Positions 23,412 to 37,530 of a stretch of DNA of 64,000 nucleotides are shown piece after piece. The position numbers and the translations under genes were made by a program. The notes beneath the pieces were generated by a model, which saw only the letters and a program-made list of their open reading frames with translations, did not search any database and was not told where the DNA came from. The stretch is from Octopus sinensis. Its lineage: Eukaryota. Location of the stretch: the NCBI RefSeq assembly GCF_006345805.1, contig NC_043000.1:62992001-63056000 (forward strand). Reading direction: 5' to 3'. Numbering within the stretch: position 1 is the stretch's first letter; the number at the start of each line of letters is the position of its first letter.

Positions 23412-24898
23412 ATGCTCGGCATGCCGCTTCATTTATTGAGTAAGCTCTTCCAATTTGGGTATCTTCTTAACTGCTTTTTTATTATTTCTGTAGTTATATT
23501 TATGTCTTCTTGGACTTCTATATTTCTTAATCTATCTTGGATCTCATGCAGCCACTCCGCTTCATCATTATGCTCTACAGATTGGTCCAAGATCCCTCTC
23601 CAAAATGCCTTGCTTTCCTCTGCATCTGGTATTATTGTTACGTGTATTTTCCCATCTAGTTCCTGAAACAGTTTCTTCTGATTTGTTTCAAACAATCTGT
23701 TGTGCCTGAACTATCTTTTTCTGTTGTCATATCTTTCCAGTTTTGTTTTGATTGCTACAACTCTTTGTTTCAATTCCTCCAATATCACATCATAACCTGT
23801 ATCTCTTATTCTATATATTCTTTCCAGCATCATTCTTATGCTTTCGTTCTGCAATTCTCCTTTTCTCAATCTATCAATTTGTCCTAAATGTCTTTTTAAC
23901 TTTATTTCCCACAAATTCGTCTACGCCAGTATGGTTCTTTACCTTTTGTCTGTTATTTTCTTTTGTGTCCATCTCTATCTACAGCAACCATAGCTGCAGC
24001 CCAAATAATCTTGTTAGTTTCAATTATATTTCTCGTCTGGAATAGCCCAAGAGCCGAATCTATCTTTTCGACACAGCGTCCTCACTACGTCTTGTTGGTC
24101 ACCATATTCTCGTGATATAGCTCTTTCCGTTACTTCTGCTTCATTTGCTGAGAATGCATTTACATTTACACTTTGCTCTACTTCTTCATTGTCTCGTTTC
24201 ATTTTTCTGTTCTCACTGGGAACTTGGTGAATTATTATTTCTATCTTCTACTTTCCTTTTTATCTCTTCTATTTCTATGCCTGTTAACCACCCTTTTGCT
24301 CTTATTGCTCTTGCCTGGTCGGCTAACAGTTGCTCACTTGTTTCGAAGAGTCCTATCTCATTCCATTTTGCTTTCATTCGTTGTCAGAATCCCCTTCTGT
24401 TAGGTTCAATCCTGATCCAGCATTCAATTACTATTCGGTTAGCCTCCTTATCCCACCTTCTTCTCTGCCTCTGGCTTTCTTTACAAGCAGTCTCTGGATG
24501 ACGGCCGAGCCTGTGCTGTTCAAACGTAAGGCACCTACCGGTCGAGAGCTTTCACGTTTGGTTCTATCCTCATTAACACCATTATTCGATACATTTGTAT
24601 TAGACATTTTCACTCAACACTGAGGTATGTGTTTTAAGGTTAGCAACCAACCGGTATTTTTATCGAGACACCATCTCTAGTAAGACTGTCAACTAATACT
24701 GCAATGCTCTTACCATAAGTTGGGCTTGTTTCCTTCGCATTTCTGTGTGATGGGCACCATGATCTTAGTTCTCACTATGAGACAGTTGAACGTCAGTTGG
24801 TTCCATATCTTCAACCAAATATTGCTCTGGAGTTAAGTCCTGATTCGCAGTTCATTCGCCTTCATCCCAGGCATGAAACCGTATCTACCCTAGTTTTA
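23412..24898 (-). mobile_element. R4/Dong element 5' part (5' UTR, N-terminal domain, start of RT region)
   Basis: [46 protein letters not shown], then FETNQKKLFQEL..PDAEESKAFW..HNDEAEWL..INITTEIIKKQL..PNWKS. The 5' end abuts (AAT)n at 24899. Confidence 0.85.
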
Positions 24899-24991
<93 letters not shown>

Positions 24992-25471
24992 TGAGTGAGA
25001 GAGCAGTGCATGCCATGAAAGTGACACTGGGATAAAATATACCCATCATGACTACTCGTCTCATAACAGTACACCAGGCACATGCATCACAACAATATGT
25101 GCGCGACATGCTGATCTCATATCAAGATAAACAGCACAAAACCTTGCAGGTGGGACCCAATTAGAATTTCCTCCTGGTTGAGTAGCCCATCCCGCTCAAA
25201 AGATCCCTGAATGAGGATTTTTAAGGATGTTGAACGAAAGACCCATATTTCCAGAGGTGAATTATCCAGACCTTAAAGAATTCCTCTCAACACATGGCTG
25301 TAATGCTTCCCCACTACTTCTGCGGGTGATTAGAGATGTACATATCGTCGCCCACAAAGGGACATGCTCAGCTGGTTAAGATCAAACAAATGACAAGCAA
25401 ATCTACCAAGACAAATCAATGTACATTATAACACTTCCAGTCAGTTAAGATCAGAGGCTATGCATCAAGGC

Positions 25472-25472
<1 letters not shown>
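24992..25472 (-). mobile_element. Family D element copy 3 (longest), between (ATT/ATC)n tracts
   Basis: Reverse-complement homolog of 9967-10442 with extra 5' sequence and a small internal deletion. Confidence 0.85.
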
Positions 25473-25517
<45 letters not shown>

Positions 25518-25533
25518 GTTATCATCATCATCC

Positions 25534-25576
<43 letters not shown>

Positions 25577-25623
25577 TATCAACATTATTATTAGCTGCAG
25601 CAACGGCAGCAGCAATAGCAGCG

Positions 25624-25710
<87 letters not shown>
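25473..25710. repeat. Compound trinucleotide microsatellite (ATT, ATC, GCA, GTA)
   Basis: Seen directly. Confidence 0.95.
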
Positions 25711-25789
25711 AATTTGTTATCTATGCAGCCTATCTCGATTGCTGGATGCGTTGCTCTCGACGCGTCAAGCTTATAGCGAACCAGATTAG

Positions 25790-27950
25790 ACAATAATTTT
25801 AGCAGGTGTCGATGCGAGCAGTTGGCAATAACGAAGTGCTTCGCTCTGAAACAAGTGATTAAAGTAGATTCAATTCAGTTTTAGCCTGGAAATAGCGAGA
25901 GGAAAACTAGATTAGTGGAAGATCCCGTCAGAAACTAAGAAAAATGTTTAGGAAAGGTATCGCAAGCGACATGCTTGCAAGGAGATTGACGCTTCACCAA
26001 TTTTTCGGCGTAAAGCACGAAGGATGTGTTGTTAAAGGTAAGATGCGTGCTTTAAGACACGGAGGAAGAAAAGCCATCTGACTGGTGCAAGTAGCAGTGG
26101 CGAAACGTAACAACGTAGCCATATAACGAACCATAATGGACGCGTGTTACTCGAGCTAATCAAACCCTAGCAGTTGTGCATGGCTTTTCAGCGGCAATTC
26201 GCTCAACAATTCGGGACGTGTAGCGGGCCGGATCGCAGAATGGGCTGCAATACCTGCCTCGACGGCCTGCCGCGACTCACGATGAGAGAGGCAGAGTGTT
26301 ACAAAAAACTGATAACAACTGCAGAAATGCGGGAAACGCTGGTGCTGTACGGCTGCTAAATCACCTGGTTTAGATGGTCCGCCAAGTAACTTTACTTTTA
26401 CATGCTAGACTTGTTTGGAGACCTTTTGGCAAATATCTACTGCGACGGGAAATAGAACAAGACCCACCACTACCCCAGCTTTTTTATGTCGAGGAGTGGT
26501 GACTCTGCTGAGAAAGAATCCAAACAAATAGAATAACATAAATTATTTTCGGCCCATAACTCAGTTAAAATCAGATTTCAAAACTGGTTAAATTGCTAGG
26601 GCAATGTGATGTGTAAACATGCGTATTGAGATGTGTAAACATGCGCCATTCCGAACACATCCATCCACAACAACTTCGAAAGAGTGTATAAGGAACCTGT
26701 CATAAGTGGGACCCCGATCAATTTAAGATCAATCGAAAGATTTCGATAGGGTTGACGACCAATACGAACTAGTATGCGAAGAATCCGTGCCGGCATACGC
26801 ACGCGGCGTCACCATCATAGTGTCGGATACGAAGCACGTCGAAACTAAGAAACTATAAGGCGGTGACAGGAGCAAAAATCAAGAAAGAAAAGTCAGTAGC
26901 CTACAGCTTGGCAGCTGAAGAGACAGGTTTATGCCGTCCAATCCTGCCTTGGGGCACTGAACAGACGAACGAAACGGTTAAACTACTTGGTGTCTGACTT
27001 AATCCAAGTCTCCAAGTAGAGAAAACCGGAACAAGATGACCAGCTGGGTGGCCAATCTCACCCAGAAATGGGCCAAGAAGAAGCTATTCTTGAAAGGTCT
27101 GGCACAGGTGGAGAACGCTTACATCAGCTCCGTCATTTATTACTGCCTGACCGTCTTACCTGCCCAACATCCCGTCTGACTAGGATAAAGCGTCTGCTCT
27201 TCTGCTTTCTCTGGAAGGGACGCGTTTCACTGGTCAGGCACTCCATTAGCTGCCAAAACCCGCCGAGTGGAGGATTGGGCATGTCTTAGCTGATGATGCA
27301 CAAATATGTCTGAGGCAGCCACATATCTAGCAAACGAGAATTTTTATGGAAACCACACTAGGAGTGTATTAGTTCCAGAGTTTGTGTTTCCCACATAAAG
27401 AGGAATACCTAAGAAATGTACTAGATAAGAGGGCTTTGGCTAGAGGAACGCAAAAGTGGCCCCGAACAAGAATGACCACTAAATCACTGTAAATGGCTCT
27501 TCTATTTTTTTCTTTTACTAAAATGGCCCTCCTAAATGCAATACAAATGCGCATGGTCCGGAGTCGGGTTGGAAGTAGAGACACTTGCTCGACTATTTCA
27601 GCTCAAAGACTAGATCGTCAAAAGATATAACGGCACCTGTTCTGTTATCGATTTTTTCAGCTACTACTCCGAACAGCTTCGCATCGCACACTCAGTTCAC
27701 CAAGAGTACCTCCTCTCTTTTCTCCTGCCTATGCAGGCACAAGTGACATTCCTGCGGAGGACACCGTACTCGAACTATGTCACAAGTGAGCTGTGTCTGC
27801 ATATGTGGTCGGTGTTACCATTACGGTCTCAAATACTTTTGACATTGAGATGATTGGCATCAAATGGAAGAATACTAGATTATGGGAAATATAGCAATCG
27901 GGACAAGTCAATGGGCTTGCAATGTAGCACTTATGGAGGCAAGTTTATAA
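25790..27950 (+). mobile_element. Heavily degraded Tx1/L1-like ORF2 (RT) fragment
   Basis: Ordered motifs: LDGLPRL..ITTAEMRETL, KSPGLDG, RPITQLKSDFK, DQSKDFDRVD, YARGVTIIV (eroded YADD), KLLGV, W..KKL.LKG.AQV.N, LFCFLWKG..GGLGM. Confidence 0.75.
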
Positions 27951-28319
27951 TGACCAACGGTGATTTCTGTCATAGGAGCCTGGTGCACGATATCTGGTTT
28001 GAACGGGGCCTCCCGGTGGAGAATTTCTATTCTGGGAAGTCGAGCGAGCAAGGGAGTAAGTCTCACTAATAAAATAGACAAAGAGTGATATATCCTTGAG
28101 ACATTAGGCGGAAGTGAGTCTTGCCAACATTACTTCCACCTTTGCTACCACCAGTTTGTTGTGCTTTATCCCAAGGAACATCTTGCCTGATTGGAACGCA
28201 TGGAGAAAACTTTTCTACTTATATATTTAAAACACTGAAGTGTTGCTTGTTAAACGAGAGATAATGCTGGGAATATACTTTTACCACTGTAAGTATTATC
28301 AGATAACGTAGAAGCACTT

Positions 28320-28470
28320 TAAGGCGGTGAGCTGACAGAATCGTTAGCAAAGCGGGCAAAATACTTAGCGTTCTGAGTTCAAATACTACCAGATTGACTT
28401 TACTTTTATGCTTTCGGTGGAATCGATTTATTCCCGAAGCTTTTGGCCTTGTGCCAAAATTTGAAACCAA
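28320..28470 (+). mobile_element. Internally deleted SINE-A; a further diverged copy lies at ~29105-29260
   Basis: Head aaggcggtgagctgacagaatcgttagc and tail ggccttgtgccaaaatttgaaacc. Confidence 0.75.
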
Positions 28471-29299
28471 TATAGTGGCACTTTAGAACCTTATGGTTTT
28501 TTCTTATTCATATTTCACGAGGCATATGCATAAAAATGAAATGAATACTAATGTTCAAATTAAAAATAATTCTTATATTCTATAAAATAAATCAAATAAA
28601 ACAAATTATTCATATGAATATTTGCACAACTACAATAACTCTGTAATACTCTGTTAATATTATTCTCAAGGACAATATATTTATTTTCGGTATGAAACAG
28701 TAATTACATAAATTATTATTACTATCGTATCTATGTAATGTTATTTGATATTGTCCATTCTGGCAAAAGGATATCTCCAACATTTTTTCCCATCGTATGA
28801 TGGATAACTTTTTATTGTTGAAAATAAAAGCCTTTCTACACCTTCAGTGAAACAGTATCATAATGCAGTAAATTTTGAAAATTTTTGAGGTTAGAGGTGG
28901 TAGCCAGAGTAGTAGAAGAGAGAAGAGATGGAGGAAGCAGAAGAGAAGTAATAGTAAAAGGTAAGAACGTAAATTATTGCAACTGAATAGGAGTGGGTTT
29001 AGTCACTGTAGTAGACAGTGAGGTAAGTTGGTAATTAGATATACAGTAATATGACCAAACAACCAACAATGAGTATTGTTAGTATGAGATACTACATTGT
29101 CTAGTGTCGACGAAGCAGCAAAGGATTGCCAGCTTCGGTTGCGAGGCGGATGAAATACCGTGTATTATTTAGTTCTCTTAACATTCTGAGTTCAACTCCC
29201 GCCGAAGTCTACTTTATATTTTGGCCTTCTGAGGTTGATAAAATAAAGCACCGCTAGTCTGTGTAATTATGTAGTTTGCATGCTCATGTGTTTATTTAT

Positions 29300-29580
29300 T
29301 CATCTTTTGGTTGTTTCAGTCATTGGACCGTGGCCATGCAGGAGAAAATCGAATCAAATACTTATCTTTTTAAAGCCTGGTATTTATTCTATCGGTCTCT
29401 TTTGCCAAACCTCTAAGTTACGGAGATATAAAGAAATCTATACTGGTTGACAAGCGGAATGGGTACAGACACAAACATACACACACATACGACTCATTTC
29501 CACACAATTTCCGTCTACCAAAAATTCTCACAAGGCTTTGGTCGGTCCGCAGCTATAGTAGACGACACTTGTCCAAGGTA
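29300..29580 (-). mobile_element. SINE-B copy, head eroded; further partial copies at 31015-31270, 33490-33620, 40530-40680, 52330-52440 and 56158-56210
   Basis: Aligns to family B segments. Confidence 0.7.
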
Positions 29581-29960
29581 CTGGTTGGCGATGGGAATTG
29601 GTTCTCTCGGTGTCGTGCAGCTACTGTTTATACCTCGCTCAGAGATTTATTATTGCTTGTTTCCACTTTTTCGAGATCAGTGACTTTACGTCACTGGAAA
29701 AAGTAAACATATTTGCATTGAGAACCACTTCCCATCGCCAACCGGTGGTTGTCACACGCTGATGGTGGGTCAATACCCGGAAATTCGGGTCCGTATGTAT
29801 CACGTCAGGATTGGGATGGGAATGATGACTTCCCTTTGCAAATACTGAAAGGGCACAGAAAGTATGTTAATAGCCAGCTGGAGATGTCTTCCTGGGGCTA
29901 CAAGCTACAGTAGCATCAATCCTAAAGGGTTAGCCACATTTAGGTGGCGAATATACTTCA

Positions 29961-30024
<64 letters not shown>

Positions 30025-30032
<8 letters not shown>

Positions 30033-30255
30033 ATTAGGGCTTAGTAAAATAAATTACTTTGCCACATACTGAACTTAGTAGAAATAGCAGCCAAAAAAAA
30101 TTTTTTCTTAGCATTTCTACTACTTAAAGAAAATTTCTCTCAGATAATGTTTACTCCAGACAGCTCACGAAGAAAAAAAATTTTTTTGGCTGCTATTTCT
30201 ACTAAGTTCAGTATGTGGCAAAGTAATTTATTTTACTAAGCCCTAATTATATAAT
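30025..30255. repeat. Inverted repeat, ~85-bp near-perfect arms with ~60-bp spacer, abutting (TA)n
   Basis: attatataattagggc..gcagccaaaaaaaattttttctt pairs with aagaaaaaaaatttttttggctgc..gccctaattatataat. Confidence 0.95.
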
Positions 30256-30409
30256 GTAATATTTTGAATTCGCCTTAAATGGTCCTTTTACATACTGAAC
30301 ACTTGGTGAAATTGATTAATTAATTAATTTTACCCTCAATTGTTGATATATATATATATAATATATATATACACATATATGTATGTATATTTGTATATAA
30401 ATATATATA

Positions 30410-31010
30410 TATATATCTCAGTTCTATATTTAAGAGATGAGAAATTATGTACATTATTTACATTTGGCGGGCATTTGCCCTCATCTTGTCTGTTGTTAAC
30501 ACAAAGTTTCGGCTGATATACCCTCCAGCTTTCATCAGGTGTCTTGGGGAAATTTTGAACCTGGATTCTCATTCCTAAGCTATTTTTCGATGTTATTATT
30601 ATTACTATTATTATTATTATGGGGTGTGGGGGAGGCGATGGTGGGAAGAAGCAATGGTGGGGTAGAGTGGGAATGTGGGATGGGGTGTAAGGGTGGGGTG
30701 GGGTATGTGGGAATGGAATATTTGGGATTGGGTGGGGATGGGATGGGATGGGATGTATAGGGATGGTGAGGCTGGAAAGTGTAGGGGTAGGGTAACGGTG
30801 GAGGGGTGATTATGAAGGGAGAGGGTGGAAGGAGAAGGTGGGTAGGAGTGAAGAGAGGAAGCAGGTGTCAGAGCAAGAAAGGAGAGATGGGTGGGAGTGA
30901 AGGGAGGAAGGCATGAGAGGAAGAGAAGAGAGAAGAGGAGGTTAGATGAAGAAGGGAGGAGAGTTGAGCCCATGTGGGGCAAAGGAGCGAAGAGAGAATA
31001 TTAATTTCTG
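30410..31010 (-). mobile_element. Penelope-like element 3' remnant: C/T-rich tract plus pseudo-LTR ending at (TA)n
   Basis: Same order as downstream of the Neptune ORF at 59110-60123: pyrimidine tract, hammerhead, then TA tract. Confidence 0.65.
30498..30543 (-). ncRNA. Decayed minimal hammerhead motif
   Basis: gacac CTGATGA A AGCTG-gagggtatat-CAGCC GAAA CTTT gtgtt. The core is canonical, but the first stem II pair and G16.2 are mutated. Confidence 0.55.
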
Positions 31011-32840
31011 TTCTATCTTTTACTTGTTTCAATCATTGAACTGCAGCTACGCTGGGGCACCGTCATGAACAGTTCAGTCAAAGAAATCGACTCCAGTACT
31101 TTTTTTGGGTCTTATTGTATCAGTCTCTTTTACAGAACTGCTGTTTTACGGATAAGTAAGCAAACTAATACCGATTCTTAAGCAATGGTGAGAGGATAAA
31201 TACAAACACAAAGACATACATCCAACGGACTCCTACACAGTTTCTGTCTATAAAATTCACTCAATGCTGGTCCAATAAGAGTTAGAAAAGTTTTTCCCTT
31301 TTTGTTTTGAGTGAGTTTTGATTTCCTTCTTAGAAGCACAAAACAATCACATGATAGCTGCATAGCGATGAACATTGTGGCAGATAGCCACCGTGAAAGC
31401 CTTGCGCGTGCACTGTTTTTTTCCTTTATGCACCAGATGTAAAATGCACACAAGCTCACAGCTTAGAGGGAACGTTGGTGGCAAACTTTTCTGTACATAC
31501 TGTATTTTATGACAGAGTTACATGCCTAATTATAAACTTAACACCAGTCGATATTTCGTTCCTCAATACTCGGTTGATTGCTCACCAATATTTAAATGCT
31601 CTTTCATCTATTTTCATATGTGTTACTGGTAATATACTGGTATTAGCCGATACTTTCCCTTTTAATAAAGGAGACCCTTGTCTTAAAAAGGAAGCAATTA
31701 TTCCTGTCATCATTCATTTTCTTTTTCTAAACTGAAGTTGACCCAAGTCTCTACAATAAAAAACAAATGCAGCAAAAATCTATTTAGAGATTTAATCTCT
31801 ACTATTCTAATGGATGTATTCGTTGTCCAATGGCTACCAAAACGGGTTATATTTTTCATTTTCTTTCAAATTTAAGTGAGTAAAACGCGTAAGATAGTCA
31901 GCACTATAGTTCTAAGCAGCCTCTGAGTAAACGAATTCCGTTTGAATATGCTTTACATCTTGGTTTTAAGATAATTTAGATAACTCCGAATGAAAATCTA
32001 CATCTCCTGTTTGTTATTCACACAGAACGGTTTGTGCAGCCATCACCATGCTGATGGCGAAATATTACCGGATTTGCATGAAATTAGGAAAGATTATTCT
32101 TTTTTATTATGCAAACAATAATTATAGTCGCATTTTCTTCTTTTCTTTTATACATAATGTTGTTTTATTACTTCCCGTGCTGACTGACACCTCAGCCAGC
32201 CAGTACCAAAATTACGATGACCTTTTTCAAGGGTGAAAACTATTTTCCACTTGCCATTGTTTTCCCTTTTGTGTAAACTAGAGCCTATCCAACGTCAGTT
32301 CAACAGTTCAGAAAGAAAAGTAGAGATTTCAGACACTAGCTTCATTAATTAGCAACGTTATTTGCAGTAGCTAAATCAGAACTTCTTTCGTACAATAAGT
32401 TGGATATCATCAGCACTTGTCGACATTGCAGAGTCAGACATTTTAAGCGGATGGGGAAGATAACAGATTATTGATATGGTTGTTTGCTCTTAGTATATAA
32501 ATATTGACATGCTATGAATAATCCTGTCGCGAACAATTAGAACGCCACGATGTGCTCTTAGTCTCTTGCACAGTAACAGACAAGGTATATATCTCTCGGT
32601 TATCTGTAAGTTATAATAATATAACAATAGTAACGGCATAATTATATAAACACAACTAACAGCAGAAGGAAAAACAAGTAAAAAATGTTCCTCTAAATAT
32701 ACACAAAGCTTGAGAGACAATAAACATTACAATATTAACAACAATTATTCTCTAACACATACATCAACACAGCGCGTGCGGGTTTATGTGTCTGTCTTTC
32801 TCCATGTATGTATGTATGTATGTATGTATGTATGTATGTA

Positions 32841-33380
32841 CAGTAATACCTCACTTTACGAGGAACCGTTTTACGAGACCCCGAGTTTTAGTTTTCAAGA
32901 ACAAGGTCCAAATTTTGAACGAAGTGCAGAAGTTTCTACTACCATAACAAATGCTTCTGCGTGTTACCGAGAAATCTATAGAGAGCGAAAAAATGCTTCT
33001 TCTAAGCAAACAACTCTAGACTTGTCTTTTAAAAAGATATCTACAAGTCCGTCTACGAGTGCTTGTGAATCGGTGAATGCGTCTACAACTGATGGTGTGC
33101 GCGAGTCTAACGCGCGTAAAAGTGATTCATAAAACGATTACAATATTTTTTTAATTATAAATGATCTTGACACTCTTTTTACTTGACATAAAATATTCTT
33201 TACATTCTGCTGTTTTTTTATTGTCATCTATTTTCGAATACTATAAATTTTATAGGTAAAATATTATTCTGGGAACGAATTACAAATTGCTACTGTGGGA
33301 AATTATTGCTCTACTTTACGAGTTTTCACTTTACAAACGGTCTCCGGGAACCAATTATCTCGTATATCGAGGCATGACCG
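32841..33380 (+). mobile_element. Non-autonomous Tigger/pogo-like element inserted at TA in (TATG)n
   Basis: TIRs cagtaatacctcactttacgag and cggtcatgcctcgatatacgag with TA on both flanks. The remnant GPNFERSAEV..CYREIYRERK..KQTTLDLSFKK is a typical Tigger C-terminus. Confidence 0.8.
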
Positions 33381-33716
33381 TATGTATGTACGTATGTATG
33401 TATGTATGTATGTATGTATGTATGTATGTATGTATGTAGGTAGGTAGGTAGGTAGGTAGGTAGGTAGGTATGTCTGTATGTAGGTATGTATTGTGTTGTA
33501 AGAGGTTTGCATCCCATTGTGTTGCACTTTGGGCAAGTGTCTTCCACTTTAGCCTCTGGACGACGAGAGCCTTGTGAATAGATTTGGTAGACAGAAACTG
33601 AAAGAAGCCTCTCATATCCATATACATACATACATGTGTGTGTGTGTGCGCGCGTTATCTTTTTCCCGCATGCTGTGTTTTGTTGATTTCTGCTTTCTGT
33701 TCTACACTATATACAT

Positions 33717-33763
<47 letters not shown>

Positions 33764-34394
33764 CACGCGTGTATGTATGTGTGTGCGTTAGACTATGTAT
33801 GTGTACTTGTCATACTATTCAATTTCAGATACTACCAGAGTATACTATATAATACCTTCTGTCACAACAAAACATAAAATACAGGTGGATCTTAGTAATT
33901 ATTAATTTTCAAAAAAAAAAAAAAAAAGATTCAATATGACAAAACCTCTTCTAAGTCTTTCGTCCGGCTAGAAATAGTAGCCAAGTTTCCTTGAAACCAC
34001 CTGCTACCAACTTATTTCAGCGTTCACTATAGTGATTGAAACCACAACAAAGAAAGAACACACTGCATAACGTAATCCTAAAGATACCATGTAATAAGAC
34101 ATAGAGGTCATCTGCAGAATGATTTGTTCACAACCAACACAATCTGAATCTGCATTATCTAACAAAAGCTAGCCATAACTCTATTGAAGATAACATCTCT
34201 AGTTGAAAACAACCACGATCTGATTTTGAGAATAAATCAATGCCTATCCGTATATGCGACACTTGCGAAGGCTTGGCTAGGAGGTTAAGAAGTCAGCGTC
34301 AAAACTGCATGTTCACACACATCAATATATGTATATATGTATATATATATTATATATATATACATATTCATATACATATATATATATATATATA

Positions 34395-34449
<55 letters not shown>

Positions 34450-36007
34450 CATATATGTACATATACATACATACGTATTTATGTGTGTGTGTCTTTGTGT
34501 GTATATACATACACACACACTCACGCACGCACGCACACACACACACACCAACACAGACTATACAAGGAGTTTTCGTCAACTTGCATAATGTAATAGGTAT
34601 GTACTATGAAGGCTCAGCTTGATTTACCACTAAAATTCCGGTTTGAACTGTAACTGAAAAGTGTAGTGTTGAGAGAGCCTACCGAAGGCGGCTAGAAGTG
34701 CCTTCCCCTTGAGCAGATGGATATAGTTTAAAAATAATAAAATGAAGAAAACAAAACATTTGGCATCATTCGAAAAAGACAATTAATTTAGATAGAGAAT
34801 ATAAGCACATAGTGGGTCTAAACATAGAGAGATATTTATTTTGTTTATCTAAGTTAAATGTCTTTTTCGGTTGATACCAAATCTTTTGCTTTTTCTCTCA
34901 TATATGTATGTGTATGTATGTATGTATGTATGTATGTGTATGTATGTATGTATGTCGATCAGCTGTTCATATGTTCGAAAAACAACACTTTTTTTTGTTG
35001 CAGTAATATTTTATGTAGTCGTTCAACAACTCCAAAAGACTTTAAGCTACACTAAAAGTTCTTCTAATTGTAATTTTTGGATGGCGTGAAGACAGAGAAA
35101 TCGTATTTTCTCCATACACCGGCTACCATACAAAATCGAGCATTAATAACCCTTTTATTTATATTATCTCAAGTGATAATAGAGACGCGCGTACTCGCTC
35201 ACACGCATAAACACACACAATGTTCATAAACACGTATAATACACACGTACTCAACAACATCACACATATCCACAAACACACCTAAACAACACATATTTCC
35301 GACTGACTTTTACACACGCACACACACACACACATACACACACACACACACACATACAGACACACACACACCTAAAAGTGACACACTAACACACACGTAC
35401 GCACACACTACTCGAACAAAGTATACACACACATGTTAGCTACTACACACATGCGTTTGTACACACACACTTACACACACGCTCAAAAACACCTGTTTAC
35501 TCCCACACATGCATACATACACACACTGGTATACACGTACACTCCCATACAATACACAAGCACACTCTACCATAATCTTCATACGCACATTCTTGCCCAC
35601 ACTAACATGCCTGCGTACACACACTTTAACCAGATTACTGTTCTCTCCCTTGCCACGTTTGTCTCCAACCACATCTTCCCATGCGGTCAATTCAACATGT
35701 ATTAACCATTAATCCAGACACGTTTTTCTCTTTCGCCAGTGTTTTTCCTTTCCTCGTCTGTTTTCTTTCTTCGTTCCTTTTTGTAGAAAAGCTTAAGCTT
35801 GAAAAGTCAAAGACTTGCATTTTGCCGGAGCGTCAAACTGACATAACTTGTTTGTTGTTCCCTCAAGTGTCTCTGTCTTTGTTTTTTTTGTTGATTTTTG
35901 TGCAATTTCGAACAAACACAGGCACGCACACACACATACGTGCATGTGTATGTATGTATGTATGTATTTATGTATGTATGTATGTATGTATGTGTGTGTA
36001 TGTGTGA

Positions 36008-36050
<43 letters not shown>

Positions 36051-36855
36051 TGTGTGTGTGTGTGCATGTATGCATGTATGAGAACCTTTAGAAAACGAAA
36101 TTTCTATATCGATGCATTATTAACACGAAAGAAGGTTAAAACAAATCCAGTTAAGTAGAATTATTTCACACAATAAATGAATTTAAGAGGTGGACAATGT
36201 CTAACTATGCCACCAAAGTATTTGCAAATATGAAAAGATTAGTAAAGATAGATAAATAAAATATTTACTAGCATTATTATGTCCTAGAAAACAAAGGATT
36301 ATACGTTAAAGCTAAAAGTGATTAAAATCTAGGTTACATTCACAGAAACTTTATTTAATCCAAAATCTCAGCTTAAGCCAAATACCATTGTAAATCAAGT
36401 AAACGAGGAAAGCCTCAATGTAGTCACACAACTTCCTAAAAGTAGCAGCTAAATTCCCGAATCATATCACCACGTTACATCGATAATTAATTAATTCATT
36501 CATTATAACGAGAGGCACAGCGAATATCGTTGTTCAGCATATGTAAAAAAAAAAAAATGGGATCACCGTTCAACGTAGGATATATTAAACTAAGATCACC
36601 GTTCCTTATAGATGTGCTTGATCAGAGCAAATTTGTGACTGAACAGCAACAATAACAGCCATTATAAATGAAACTGTATAAAGGTAGAACATAGTAAAAC
36701 CTTTATTTAAAAATACATTGACAAAAGGGAAAATTGCATATGTGAGATATTAAGAAACAAAGAAATCGGTCTGTTCGATGCTCGTCTCACGCTACCAAAC
36801 ATGCTAACATCAATTTCACAATGAGACTCAATGCATAAGGATTTGAATCTCTCTT

Positions 36856-36886
<31 letters not shown>

Positions 36887-36998
36887 TTCTTCTCTCTCTC
36901 TCTCTTTCTCTCTCTTCTTTCTCTCTCGCCTCTCTATCTTCTCTCTCTCTCTTCTTTCTCTCTCTCTCTCCTCTCTCCTCTCTCGTCTCTCACTCCCA

Positions 36999-37034
<36 letters not shown>

Positions 37035-37495
37035 CAATATATACTATCTATATAATATATATATATATATATAATATATATATATATATTCGTAATTTAC
37101 ACATTACTACTATTCTGGTAATATAATAATCTGTGTGTGTGTGTCTTCTTGAATGTACGTATAAAAAAAACGATTTCCTGTTCCTGTAGCTCAATATGTT
37201 CCCTAATGTTTACACAATAGATTAAGATGAAGTAAGCACAATAGATTAAGATGATGTACGTAAGCACTTACTAATCATTCATATAAATACATGTATACAC
37301 ATATAGCTACAGGTATATGTAAATATTTTCGTATATAGATACATAAATACACACCGAGATCTACACAGAAACATATTTACATACATACATGCATATATAT
37401 CTACGCATAGATTTAGCTAAAATTACGTCTAATGAATGACGTATTGTAATAATTATCAATATATATACAATACACTTCGTGTCTTTGTGTGTGTG

Positions 37496-37530
<35 letters not shown>

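Noticed and set aside
24620-24898. HDV-like ribozyme expected in an R4 5' UTR
   Set aside because: I could not fold a nested double pseudoknot by eye; a covariance-model search is needed.
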